Shown here in pieces: positions 12,701 to 25,533 of a stretch of 64,000 bases of DNA. The notes beneath the pieces are model-generated. The model was not told where the DNA came from. It saw nothing but the letters and a program-made list of their open reading frames with translations, and made no database searches. This DNA comes from Pseudogymnoascus verrucosus (lineage: Eukaryota). Numbering within the stretch: position 1 is the stretch's first letter; each line of letters opens with the position of its first letter. The DNA is taken from assembly GCA_001662655.1 (NCBI GenBank), contig KV460223.1; one strand, given 5' to 3'. Made by a program: the position numbers and the translations under genes.

Positions 12701-14310
12701 ATGGCGGTTGGAATAGCTGGTTTTGGAGACAAGCGTGTAGACTATCTTCACGGAAGAATCTCTAGAACGGCAAGCTTCTTCCAATACCCTTCTAGGACTT
12801 ATGCCTGTAGATTTTCCAAAATCTCGGAGGGTGATCTTGCCGCCATTGGTATCGTTGATAACCACAGTGCTCTTCCCGGTGACTGGGTCAACTTCAGTAA
12901 CGGGGAGATTTGCGAACAAGTCCGCAATGGCACCATCGTCATCGCTTGAATCATCTTCGAGTAAGTCTGCTCCCATTTTTGCAGCTGCGCGCATAATCTC
13001 ATCATCAGAGTCATCATCACTAGACTCAGCAGGGTGTGGGATCCTCGGGGGAGGGCCACCAGACAGTTCCTGTCTTTTCGCAGCAGCTTCTTTCTCAAGA
13101 GTAATCTTCCGCTTCTGCCACTCCTGTTCGGCCTCGTATCGATCAAAAAGAACGTCAGATTCGATCTTCACCAGTTTCCTTTGTAGCTTTGCCATCTCTG
13201 GGTCTTGGGGCGCTTGGCTACCCTTGTTTCTCTTGCCATTGACGGCCCCTGCTCCACGCTGGGCTACAGCCTGTGCCGAGTTTTTCGGGGGCTGTAGATG
13301 GAAAAGTTTCGTCTTTGCTTCCAGATATTCCGGGAGTAGATCGTCCGCATCTATATCACTCTCGTACTCGACCACTGCGGGCTTTGCGGGCCGCGCGGCT
13401 AATTTTGTAACGGGTTGTTCTGCAATGGTTTCTTTCGAGTCTACGTGGCGTATATCTGCTTCTATCTGCCGTGGTGTGTTCATTCCTGACGCCGTGGGTG
13501 TGCCGGCTTGAGAGTCTAATTGTTGGTCGGTTAGCTAACTGACCCAAAGATACGCTTCGCCCACTATAAGGACCTACCCATTTGTAACTTCAACGGCAAC
13601 AGGGATTTCGTTTGCCAATTCTCGTAGTCTGGCAACTCGTCTCGGGAGCATTCACGTGCCATCCATTGGAGAGATTCCTCAAGACCCCAGATCGAATCTT
13701 TATTTCCGCTGACCATCTTATCGGATATGCTTAGAATGTATGTGAGGACCATGCGGACTCTGTCGTCAGGGAAGCCTGCGCCGGCCAGAGCTTGCTGTAG
13801 GGTCCATAATTTTATGGTTAAATCTTCCTCTGTCAGCGGCTTCAACGTTGCAGGGGAGTCTGCTGTGCTCGGTCCCAAGGCTCGATGATCCGCAGTAACT
13901 ATATCCAATATCTCGTCCATCAAATCCGGAGGAAGCCATTTTCGTGTATTCAAAAAGTCGGCTTGACCTCGTAGTAGGCGGCGATCTGTCTGGAGCCTGG
14001 TTACCTGGCGAGCAGCATCCCGTTTGGCTTTTTGCGAGTACTTTTCGACCAGTACTTGAAGATCTGATTCCTCGAGTTGTTTCTCGAATTCCTCGGGGGT
14101 TAGCTGCGTATCTGTATTTCCGGTTGTTGTGGACGTTGACAAGCTTTCTGTCGCTGTCTCATCCTTCCGTTGCTCTGATTCATTGTCTGGGCTTTCGTCT
14201 GAAGGTGTGGTTTCAGCAACTTCAATCCTCACCTTTGATGCCACCGAGGTCGTAGCAAAGCCACGGGCAGGGTTTGATGCTGGCTTCTTTTTCTTTTTGC
14301 CTCCCGCCAT
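9722..14310 (-). CDS. DEAH/RHA ATP-dependent RNA helicase, DHX29/DHX57-like
   Basis: Motifs GETGCGKSTQ, EPRRISA, DEVHER, MSAT, TNIAETGITI, QRRGRAGR and an HA2 region. ATG at 14310 (MAGGKKKKKPASNPARGFATTS); introns near 13520-13577 and 10033-10085; last exon ends ...GLVRT stop at 9722. Confidence 0.92.
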
Positions 14311-14516
14311 AGTATTATAATTTTGTCGGCGTTCTATTGAAAAAAATGGCGGGGGGTCACCGCGTAAATAAAGTTGAATGACGCGGGGGTGCCAATACCT
14401 TAGTAACTTCGGGTGAACTTTAATCCTTTGTTCAGCGTCCCTGGCGACCAAAACTTCCATGTCGGGTGAGAACTATCTCGCCTCAGTAATCCGCTCCATT
14501 GCCATAAAACTGCAAG

Positions 14517-17500
14517 ATGGTAGGGGCAGATCTGAAAGATGTAAGGGGAATGGACCTCGAGGCCAGCAGAAAGGCGCTCTCCTCCTCCTCGACGGCGACC
14601 CGCACAGCATATCTTCACAGTATTGATGAACGACTCTCAAACAAAGGTGCGTGGCAGGATGAACCTATTCAGTGAGCATGCTAACCTCTGTTCTCTGTAG
14701 AAATCGAGCAGTCATCGTATCCAACTCTACTGGAACTTATTTTCACCACATATTCCTTTTACCAAGACCGAAGCTCTAGACGCCACGTTGAACAATGTCT
14801 GAGGACAATATTTCGAGCAGGCGCAAGCCCAGACATTCTCTCTCCCTTCATCAAATCTTTACATACCGAGGCATCGAAAACCAACATAGCAGCTAGCAAC
14901 GCGTTTGTTTTAACTGAATGGTTCAGCATCCTTATTCAGGAGTGCAGTGGGACACCTTATTGGGCGATCTGGGGGCAGCAACTAGTTGCAAGTGACGCAG
15001 AGGTTCTAGAGCAGTGCCAAAAGACAACTACAAAACCCAATATTAGGCACTCTGCTCTCGTTGTGACTAGAAGGGCCTTCCGAAAGGTCGTTTCTTGCCA
15101 GGATTCGGCCGAGGCTTCGATTAGTGATGCGATTGAAGGACTGAGTGCGAAAGCTGCCCAGCCCAGCGCAAGAAATGCCATCATGCTGGGCGTCATCGCT
15201 GGGGTCTGTTCGAGAAAACCAGAAGCAAAAGGCACTCTTGAAAGAAAGAAGGAAAATTACTACAACTTCTACACAAGAGAGATTATTGGATCTCGGACGC
15301 CAGTGCCCGCTCATATTGCAAATGGACTTTATGATTTCTTTTTGGATTTCACTAGTGCAGAGGAGTTGGCGAAGCACGTAGCACCATCCCTTGTAAAGGC
15401 CTTGCTCAGGGCTCCCGAGATTGTCCTGGATGATCTCATTACGCCATTGGTTGAATCGCTACCTCAGAGCATCGACCTTTCAAAGATTTTGCAAGGGAAC
15501 CTCTTGAAACCATTACTATCAAACCTTAAATCAACAAACGCAACCATTCGAAACGGTGCGCATACCGCTTTTCGAGTCACCATACCTCGTTGTCACGACG
15601 ACGCTGCACTCAGCGTTATCACCAACGAGATACTGCTTCCCTTAAAGTCTGGGAAGCTTCCGGCAGCGGATCATCGAATCCTGCATTCGGAAATTCTGAA
15701 GGTTTTGCCGATAACTGAAAGCTTGGTGGAAAAGGTCTTGCCGGCAGTCTCTGCGGTTGCGGCAAAGGAACCCAACGAAGGAGCGTTGAGTGCAGAGACA
15801 TCGGTTCTGTCCCTTTACACATCGTGGACACTGACCAATGGGACAGCACTTCCCAAGGTGGTCCTAGAAGCATTCAGCAAAGGCCTATCAGACAAGAAAG
15901 CGCCACTACGAAAGCTGTGGACGCTTCGACTAGGTGATATTTTGTGGGCACAGGGGGGTTCTAATCTTGAAAATAAGAATGTTGTAGAGCTCGCTGAAGC
16001 CAGCATATCAAGCCTGATTCAACTTTTCGATGAGGTTGCCTCAAACCCCATTGCTGCTGGCCAATCCGGCGTTGTTGTTGGTGGTTATGTTTTGACAGCT
16101 CTAGCAGCGGCCAAGCTCCCTTCTTTGAAAAGTTCGAAGATTAACGAAGCCATCAAAAAAGCAAAGGTTATTCAACAAGCGCTGGCATTTGAGCCCAAAC
16201 CTTCATTCTTACTCAATCATCGGGTTTACAGTAAATTAACTAATGATGAGGATCGTCTCTGGCTTATTCGTGCCCTCTCTGCTACAGCTGATGAAGCCTC
16301 TACATCCGGTCCAAATTCGGCGACAGCCCTCGCGTGGTCACAGGGGGTAATATCCTGTATTTGCTCCGCAAACGTTCCACCTGCTGTGAGACGACAATGC
16401 ATAGAGGTGCTGTCGAAAACGTACGCACGACTCCCCCAAGAAACTTCATCGATGATTGTCTCTGGCCTATGGCGTTGGGTTCGCGACATCGAAGTTGGAG
16501 AGAAGGACTGTGCCGCAGCAGCCTCTAAATCCGACAAAGCCAATCTCCACTTTATCGCAAAGGCCATCTGCCTTTCCGCCGCAGATGCATCGAAATTCGG
16601 CTTCGAGATAGACCAGTCCATAAAGGAGAACCAAATGGTAAAGATGTTGGTTATTGCTCGTCCCGAGCTGCTTCCTGGCGTTCAGTGGATTGAGCTTTGC
16701 CTCAGAGTCGGCGTGGACCCCGGACAACTCTGTAGACAGTATAACGATGCTATTATTGAGCAAGTTTTGGAAATCACAGATTTCAAAGAGGTATGTTCAG
16801 TCTTTATCAATTTGTACATCACTAACTTTTTTGCAGACTGCAGACCAAACCCAATACACTATCAAAAGTGCAGCTTTCAATGCCGCAGCAGAACTTGCCT
16901 TTGTGGCGCCTGACGTTATGACTTCCCGAATAGTTGATCTATTTCAACACGATCTCGATCCTAAACAGCTGGATGATGTTGGCCCTACAGAAGCCGCAAT
17001 ATTCCGAACTCCTGAAGGCACTTTATTTGTTGATGTACTGGCTAAAAAGTCACAGGACTACGTGCCTAACAAGAATACTAAGGACTACGACACGATGAAG
17101 TGGGAGGAAGAGTTACGTACCCAGCTAGCTCAGAAGAAGGGTCAGCAGAAAAAATTGACCCCAGAACAAAACGCAAAGATAAATGCACAGCTAAAGAAGG
17201 AAGCCGCAATACGTCTACAAGTTCGGCAATTGGAAGCTCAACTAGTGCGAGGAATTGGCATTATCAAAAGTCTTGCTGTTGGCCCCCCAACTGAAGCTCA
17301 ACTGTGGATGAGCCCAGCTGTCACCTCTCTGATCAATATCATCAATGCTGGAGCAGGCCTGGTTACAGGCAATGCAGCTGCTGAGGCATATAGGCTTCTG
17401 TCGGAGAGGGTGGTCGCCCGCATCGGACCGGTTCGTCCATTCATCGGAATTGCAACGCTAAGAGCGTTGGGAATCACCCACCTACCCGAAGAGCTTACCC

Positions 17501-20500
17501 AAGAGTCCCTAGGAGAGCTCATCACCAGAGTTCTGTATCGACTACGGTTCTCTGGCGAGCAGAGGCCTTTCGATACGGTGTCTTTGACGTACATGTTACC
17601 TCTGGTATTCCTTGTGTTGCGCAATGGTGGTTTCGGTACGCAGGAAGATTCCGAGGCGCAAGTAGTACTCGCGATCGATTTTCTCAAGTTCCACACCGAT
17701 GCGTGCTCCGATACTATAGTGCCACGTCGCGAGGTTCTCTCGGTGCTTATTGAATCGATGCAAGCCTATAACCAGCACTACAAAGCTATCAAGGAGTGCC
17801 TGGCTGATCTTTGTCGCTCGGTTGCTCCCACTATCAACGACGATGAAATTGCAACACTTGTCCGAGGAGCTATCGTGCCTCAGACATCGGTCCGCACGTC
17901 AGTTTTACAATCCATCAGCGCCGAAATTGACCTCAGCGACATGGAATTCTCCGAGGAGATTTGGCTTGCATGCCACGACGATATTGAGGGCAACGTTGAG
18001 CTCGCGCACGAAATATGGGTAGAGAGCGGCTTTGAGGTTTCGAGTGATGCCGTCTTCACGATCCTACCATATCTCGAAAGAGAAGACAAGCAGCTCCGCC
18101 GAGCAGCCGCTCGAGCCCTTGCCGCGGCAGTAAAGCTGCACCCTGGATTAATTACAGAGATCCTCTCGCGCCTTGAATCCTCATACATAGAGTTAGCCAA
18201 ACCAAAAGTGCCACAGCTCGATGAATATGGCATGCCTAGAAAGATGGATATGAGAGATCCTTGGGAAGCTAGAAATGGCATCGCACTAGCCTTCAGAGAG
18301 TTGTCTGTCGTCTTCAAGGAGGAACTACTAGATTCGTTCTTGAAATTTCTCATTGAGCGCGGACCACTCGGTGACAAGAGCCCTCATGTTCGAGAAGAAA
18401 TGATCGAGGCCGCGAGAGCCATCATTGCATTGCATGCGAAAAACAAGGTCGAAGATCTGATGAAGACTTTTGAACAAACTCTTGAAGGGCCAGATAAAGG
18501 CTCGGATTTCAGCGACAGAGTGAACGAAGCCGTCATTATCCTGTATGGCGCACTCGCGAGGCACCTTAATCCAGGGGATTCTCGCATTCCAGAAGTTGTA
18601 GCAAGACTTCTTGCCACTTTGAGCACCCCCTCTGAGACGGTTCAATACGCCGTAGCTCTTTGCCTTCCAGATCTAGTCCGGGCCTCACCCGGCGAGGTTC
18701 CAGACTACACGCAAAAGGTCATGGACCAGCTGCTCAATGGTAGTAGCTATGCTTCACGCCGTGGTGCTGCGTATGGTCTCGCAGGGTTAATTCAAGGTAC
18801 TGGTATCGTTGCTCTCAGAGAGTATCGCATAATGCTCACCCTCAGGAGCGCCATCGATAACAAGAAAGATGTCAAGCACCGTGAAGGGGCGCTGCTGGCT
18901 TATGAGCTTCTCTCGACTATCTTGGGTCGTATTTTTGAGCCATATGTCATTCAGATTGTGCCCCAGTTACTTTCCAGCTTTGGAGATTCTAGTGCCGATA
19001 TTCGAGACGGGTGTCTTGCTGCGGCAAAGACATGTTTCGCTAGTTTAAGCTCATACGGTGTCAAAAAGATCCTTCCTACACTTTTGGATGGCCTTGATGA
19101 CCAGCAGTGGAGAAGCAAGAAAGGTGCCTGCGACCTTCTCGGCGCCATGGCCTACCTCGATCCTCAACAGCTTGCCCAAAGCTTGCCAAAGATTATCCCC
19201 CCGCTTACTGGTGTTCTAAATGACAGTCACAAAGAAGTGCGCCTGGCTGCCAATCGCAGTTTGAAGCGCTTTGGAGAAGTCATCAGCAACCCCGAGATTA
19301 AGGGTCTTGTGGACATACTCCTAAAGGCTTTGAGCGATCCGACAAAGTACACGGATGATGCACTTGACGCGCTGATCAAGGTTTCCTTCGTCCATTATCT
19401 TGATGCACCTTCTCTCGCACTTGTTGTTCGTATTCTGGAGAGAGGTTTGGGCGATCGATCTGGAACAAAGAGAAAGTCAGCACAGGTTATTGGAAGTCTT
19501 GCACACCTGACTGAGCGTAAAGATCTCATATCTCATCTTCCGATCTTGGTTGCTGGTCTAAAGATTGCCGCGGTAGACCCCGTACCCACCACGAGGGCTA
19601 CAGCGTCCAAGGCTCTCGGTTCACTCATCGAGAAGCTGGGAGAAGATGCCCTTCCAGATCTTATCCCAGGGCTCATGCAAACACTCAAGGCCGATACTGG
19701 AGCAGGAGACCGCCTCGGATCGGCACAAGCTCTCAGCGAAGTCCTCGCAGGCCTGGGCACGAGCCGCCTCGAAGAGACACTGCCCACGATCCTACAAAAT
19801 GTCTCGTCATCGAAAGCATCTGTTCGCGAAGGTTTCATGTCTCTTTTCATATTCTTGCCTGTTTGCTTTGGCAACAGTTTCGCAAATTACCTCAGCAAGA
19901 TCATTCCTCCTATTCTTACTGGTCTTGCGGATGAGGTTGAATCGATTCGCGATACATCTCTCAGAGCTGCCCGCCTCCTTGTCAAGAACTTCGCTACCAA
20001 GGCCATCGACCTCCTCCTTCCTGAACTTGAGCGTGGCTTGGGAGACGATAGCTACAGAATCCGTCTCAGTTCCGTTGAGCTGGTTGGGGATCTTCTTTTC
20101 AACCTAACTGGTATCAGTTCCACGGACGAGGATGAGGTTGAAGAGGGCGCCAAGGAAGCCGGAGCATCTCTGCTGGAGATCCTCGGCGAAGAGAAGCGAA
20201 ACAAGGTTCTCTCTGAGCTATATATCTGTCGCTGTGATACTGCCGGCCAGGTTAGAACTGCAGCTGTCAACGTGTGGAAGGCACTTGTTGCCAGTCCTAG
20301 GGTTCTTAAGGACTTGGTTCCTACACTCAGCCAGCTTATTATTCAACGCCTTGGATCCACAAACGCTGAACAGAAACTCATTGCTGGGAACGCTCTGGGT
20401 GAACTCATCCGTAAGGCTGGTGATGGGGTGCTCTCTACCCTGCTACCTACTCTCGAGGAAGGCCTCCGGACTTCTACAGATGTTGACGCCAGACAAGGCA

Positions 20501-22699
20501 TTTGTATTGCTCTTCGCGAGCTTATTTCATCTGCATCCGAAGATGGATTAGAGGACCATGAGAAAACACTGATATCTGTTGTTCGCGTTGCTCTTATTGA
20601 TTCGGATGAAGAGGTTAGAGAAGCCGCCGCTGATGCATTCGACTCTATGCAGAACATGTTTGGCAAGCGCGCCGTGGACCAAGTCTTGCCATATCTCCTC
20701 AACCTTCTCAGAACAGAGGGCGAGGCCGACAATGCACTGTCTGCACTTCTAACTTTACTGACGGAGACCACTCGCTCCAACATCATTCTCCCGAACCTTC
20801 TCCCAACCCTCACAGCCTCGCCAATCAACGCATTCAATGCAAGGGCCCTGGCTTCGCTATCAACTGTAGCCGGAGGAGCTATGACAAGGCGCCTATCGAC
20901 CGTTATCAACGCATTGGTGGACAATATTATAGTGTGCAAGGATGAGGAGCTCCGCGCTGATCTCGAGTCATCGCTGGACACTGTGCTCCTTTCCATCGAT
21001 GAGTATGATGGTCTCAATACAACCATGAGCATTATGTTTGGCCTTGTCAAGCACGACGACCACCGAAAGCGCGCAGCCGCCGGATATCGCCTTGCCAACT
21101 TCTTTGCAAATACCGACGTCGATTACAGCCGTTACAACCAGGATATCGTCAGGAACCTGTTGATTTCGTTTGATGATACCGATCTGGAAGTGACCAAGGG
21201 TGCATGGACTGCCCTGAACGAATTCACCAAGCAGGTGAGCAAGGTAGAAATGGAAGCTTTGGTCCACTCCACCAGACAAGCCCTTCAACGAGTTGGCGTT
21301 CCAGGATCCGACCTGCCAGGGTTCTCATTGCCAAAGGGAATCAATGCCATCCTCCCGATATTCTTGCAGGGTCTCATGAATGGCACGTCTGACCAGAAGA
21401 CGCAGTCTGCGTTAGCCATCTCCGATATACTCGACAGGACTAGCCCTGAGTCTCTCAAACCATTCGTCACGGCCATCACCGGACCTCTCATTCGAATCGT
21501 ATCAGAAAAATCGACTGATGTGAGAGCTGCTATTCTCCTAACCTTGAACAATCTGCTTGAGAAGATTCCAGCTTTCTTGAAGCCTTTCCTTCCTCAGTTA
21601 CAGAGGACGTTTGCCAAATCCCTCGCGGACACGTCTAGCGAAGTTCTGAGGACTCGTGCTGCGAAGGCGCTTGGAACTTTGATCACCCTAACTCCTCGGA
21701 TTGATCCTTTAGTGGCAGAGTTGGTGACAGGATGCAAGACCTCTGATATCGGCGTCAGGAACGCCATGTTGAAAGCCTTGTATGAGGTTGTCAGCAAGGC
21801 CGGAAGCAACATGAGCGAGGCCTCGCGCTCTGCGGTACTGGGTTTGATTGACACCGATGTGGAGGACAAAGATGCCACCATGGTGATAACAAACGCAAAG
21901 CTATTTGGTGCACTGATCAAGAATGTATCGGAGGATAACGCCACAAGCCTAATCAAGAACCGCGCCATGACGACTCACTTTACCCACGCTTCTATTTTGG
22001 CCCTCAACTCCGTTCTACTACAGGCACCTCAATCATTAACGGAGTCATCATTCGCTGAGGATCTGCCGTCTGTGATCTGCAAAGGCATAGCTAGTAAAGA
22101 CGTGAGTATTCCTAGTCTATATCAGAGATTATTACTAACTTAATTAGCCCTTCATTTCCGACAACTCTGTGTTAGCAGCTGGAAAATACATATTGACGGA
22201 AAGCCCAAAATCTTTTGAAGCCAGGAAGCTGATTTTTGAAACACTGGCTACTTACATCCCAGCGGGAAACCCAGCAGATACGCGAAGGCTGGCTTTGGTT
22301 GTCGTCCGCACCGCTTGCCGGCACCACATGGAGCATGTAAAGCCACACCTTGCAGTATTAGCTGCACCGATTTTTGCCAGTGTCCGAGACACTATTATCC
22401 CAATCAAGCTGTCAGCTGAAGCAGCCTTCATGGCGCTCTTTGATGTAGTTGATGAGGAAGGAAAGGTCTTCGATAAGTTCATTGCGAGCCAAACGCAGAT
22501 GGCGCCGGTCTCAAAGAGAGCTATGCAAGATTACTTCAAGCGTGTTGCATTACGTTTGGGTGCCCAGGCCAGGGAAAGGAGGGAGGCTGAGGGTGGCCAG
22601 GGCGGTCTTGGCCTGTCCAACGATGAAGTCGACGACGAACGCGAAATATGGAGCGTAGGCAAGGTTGATCTGGGAGAGGGAACTTCAAGTGATGACTGA
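14517..22699 (+). CDS. GCN1: Translational activator GCN1 (HEAT-repeat eIF2-alpha kinase activator)
   Basis: Very large HEAT-repeat protein with characteristic segments (LSTPSETVQYAV, GRIFEPYVIQIVPQLL, SSYGVKKILPTLL, WRSKKGACDLLGAMAY, ITGPLIR, LKPFLPQLQRTF). Introns at 14647-14700, ~16791-16836 and ~22102-22147. Confidence 0.95.
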
Positions 22700-23185
22700 T
22701 GTATCAGAACTATTCAATTCTGTAAAGCATGGCGCTCTTGATATTAGGGGAAGACCAGAAGAGTAGGATCTGGTTCACAGGGGTAGAGTCACGAGAAATA
22801 AAAATGTATATTTGAGCATAGCCAATGTTGTTTAACCATGAATTCGTGCTTCGCCTTTCCGTAGTGGTTTATAAACAGTTATTCATTAATAACTATAGAA
22901 ATACACTGGTCGCCTCATACATTATTCCTGTCACGGTTGACCAAGTCGTTGGTCGCGTGGGGTGATCCTCAGGGGTCTTTTAATCCCTTATCTTATCTTA
23001 TCAGTGGTGAGGGCTAACCCTCCACTTCTCCTCACAATTCGGTGGTTAATCCCCGAAGAAGTTTAGCGTTTTGCCACAAGCGAAAGCCGCCATCTTTGAA
23101 TTCCATTCCGACAAAGTACAGAGACGAGGTCGAGAGAATTCACGACAACCATCGACAACCAACGGAACCCATCAGGAAAGACAAG

Positions 23186-24106
23186 ATGTACGTGTGCGAA
23201 AATACTTCTGGACGGAATACCTTGAGATACCCTATCCGAAGACATTAGTTACGATCGAGTGGGAGCACCCACGATTGATGGAGTCATCGATATGGAGATC
23301 CCACTCGTCAAAACTATTCACGACAGAGTCGGCCACGACACTTGAGGGAATCCGTCCAGCAGAGGCTTCTGATTAGCATGAACTAACGGGTTATCTTTAG
23401 GGTTAACCTTCGTACCCAGAAGCGCCTCGCGGCGGCCGTTGTGGGATGCGGACAGCGCAAGATCTGGCTCGACCCGAATGAGGTCTCCGAGATCTCCAAC
23501 GCCAACTCCCGTCAGACCATCCGCAAGCTCGTCGCTGATGGCCTCATCATCCGCAAGCCAGTCACCATGCACTCGAGGGCACGCGCTAGAGACCACACCG
23601 ATGCGAAGAGACTCGGTAGACACAAGGGTTTCGGTAAGCGTAAGGGTACCGCAGATGCTCGTATGCCAAGGTATGCAACACAACTCCGATAATGCGCTTT
23701 AGAGGGCGAGAGACTATGGAATGGGCACTGACAACCACCACAGCCAAGTCGTTTGGATGCGCAGACTCCGCGTTCTCCGCCGCCTCCTCGTCAAGTACCG
23801 TGCCAGCGGCAAGATTGACAAGCACCTTTACCACGAGCTTTACCACCTGAGCAAGGGTAACACCTTCAAGCACAAGCGCGCTCTGGTTGAGCACGTACGT
23901 TACACCTCAACACAATTTGCATCATCTGAGCTAACAATGCGCAGATCCACAAGGCCAAGGCTGAGGCCGCCCGTGAGAGGACTATCAAGGAGGAGATGGA
24001 CGGCCGTCGTGCCAAGACCAGGGCTGCTCGCGAGCGCAAGCAAGAGAGAGTTGTCGCCAAGCGTGCTGCCATGTTCGGTGATGAGGAGGAGACCGAGACC
24101 AAATAA
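23186..24106 (+). CDS. RPL19: 60S ribosomal protein L19 (eL19)
   Basis: AT|intron 23188-23400|G gives [14 protein letters not shown]...KIWLDPNE...[10 protein letters not shown]...[12 protein letters not shown]...[21 protein letters not shown]. Three introns; stop at 24104-24106. Confidence 0.97.
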
Positions 24107-24858
24107 GCATTGCAACTTTTTACGGGGTAGCTGGAGCGGGGCAATGGTCTTACAAATAAAAGGCTCGGTTGCTTTTCGTTATCAGGGCTTTCTGCATGTA
24201 CTGCATGGACAATGGTGTCATGAACTCTTTCAAAGCGTGAAAGCCTTCTTCTGTTCGTGGTGACAACAGGAGATACTGATCTCCCTCGTGTGGCCGACCC
24301 CCGTCCAATGCCCATGGATACTGTGTTTCTGTCTACTGACCGTGAAGGACCAAAGCAACTCTTTTCAGGTGAGCGCCACGTCAAGCTTTCGCCGTGACCA
24401 ACTTCTCTCGTTTGACAGCGAGTTTTCTTCGCATCTACAACATTCCAACCATTGCACCCATCAGCCACATTGTCAGCCATGATCAAACGCAACTTCCAAG
24501 AAGTTGTTCCTCAGTACCTATTTCTACTTTGTCTTCATTTTTCTTTACAATCTGTTCCACAGTCCACAACTGTGTTCCCCAAATCAGGCATTAGTGTGTA
24601 CAGCATTTCGAGCTCTCAATGCTCCTCTGCTGAAGGATAACTATCTTTCGTGCCAAGATCTACCACCAAACCCTTTCCTTACCAAACACCTGCTCCCTAT
24701 TTCTCTCTGGGAAACTGGTGCATGAAGAAGGGGTTACATTTTACCTACTATGCTGTCTATTATAGACGTGTAATAGTTTTGCGGGCTTTTGGGGGTATTC
24801 TACTTGTAGAGGTATGCATATATTTTCTTATAATTGTGATGTCATACATCATCGCCCA

Positions 24859-24951
24859 TATAATGATGACAAATGGTCAAGAGACCAGATATATAACCCA
24901 GCTCGTTGAGGCACAAGTTGCCCTATGAAATAAGAAACATGTTCTGAAACA
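24859..24951 (+). ncRNA. Box C/D snoRNA, snR69-like, copy 1 (intronic)
   Basis: Box C ATGATGA 24863-24869; guide AACCCAGCTCG 24895-24905, complementary to conserved LSU rRNA UGAGCUGGGUU; D' TTGA 24906-24909; box D CTGA 24944-24947. Confidence 0.8.
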
Positions 24952-25112
24952 ACAACAACGATTCCACGTTACTATAACTCAAGCTACTCTGTTCAGTTGC
25001 TAACGTTGATTGTAGTCATTCCACTTCACTGTGGCGACAACTACAAGTCTGAGAGACAGAAAGTCTTTTGAAGAGGGTATGTTTTATCAATTTCTTGTTC
25101 AAATTACTCCCC

Positions 25113-25209
25113 TATAATGATGACAAATGGTCAAGAGACCAGATATATAACCCAGCTCGTCGAAGCACAATATACGTGCATTGTGAGATAAGAAACATGT
25201 TCTGATATT
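25113..25209 (+). ncRNA. Box C/D snoRNA, snR69-like, copy 2 (intronic)
   Basis: Box C ATGATGA 25117-25123; same guide 25149-25159; D' TCGA 25160-25163; internal GCAC/GTGC stem; box D CTGA 25202-25205. Confidence 0.8.
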
Positions 25210-25533
25210 TATTTAACTTCATCTTTTGAATCAAACATATATTTTGGCTCACCATACTAACTTGGTATGAAGGTCTTCTCTCTACGACTTGGACATTGTT
25301 CTTGGGGCTATAGCTAGACAAGTGTATATAAATGAAGCATTATTACACTTATGATTGTTAAACCGCGTGAAATTCATATTCGTGTTCCATAAGCACACTT
25401 GCAACTAATAACCTAGGAAGCTAACTGTATCCCATGATCCACATACAACGTAAAGACTAGATTCCTATGTGCAACGAAGTAGGTATTCTACAACCACTTG
25501 ACGCCAAAACCGCCCATTTTATCTGCCGGGCCA

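Larger units (their letters stand above)
24812..25272 (+). ncRNA. Putative non-coding snoRNA host transcript (two introns flanking a 61-nt exon; outer ends unknown)
   Basis: Intron 1: GTATGC 24812, GCTAAC 24999, TAG 25015. Intron 2: GTATGT 25077, ACTAAC 25256, AAG 25272. Each intron encloses one snoRNA; no convincing ORF. Confidence 0.6.

Noticed and set aside
10140..22482. Many antisense or alternate-frame ORFs inside the helicase and GCN1 (also in SHM1, chitin synthase, ILV5)
   Set aside because: Shadow ORFs expected from the codon bias of the real genes.
23270..23375. Possible C/D snoRNA within RPL19 intron 1 (TTGATGG...CTGA)
   Set aside because: Box C is degenerate and buried in a hairpin; no recognisable rRNA guide.
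24859..25209. Direct repeat read as LTR pair or CRISPR
   Set aside because: Only two copies, no TG...CA ends or target duplication; snoRNA boxes and intron context explain it.
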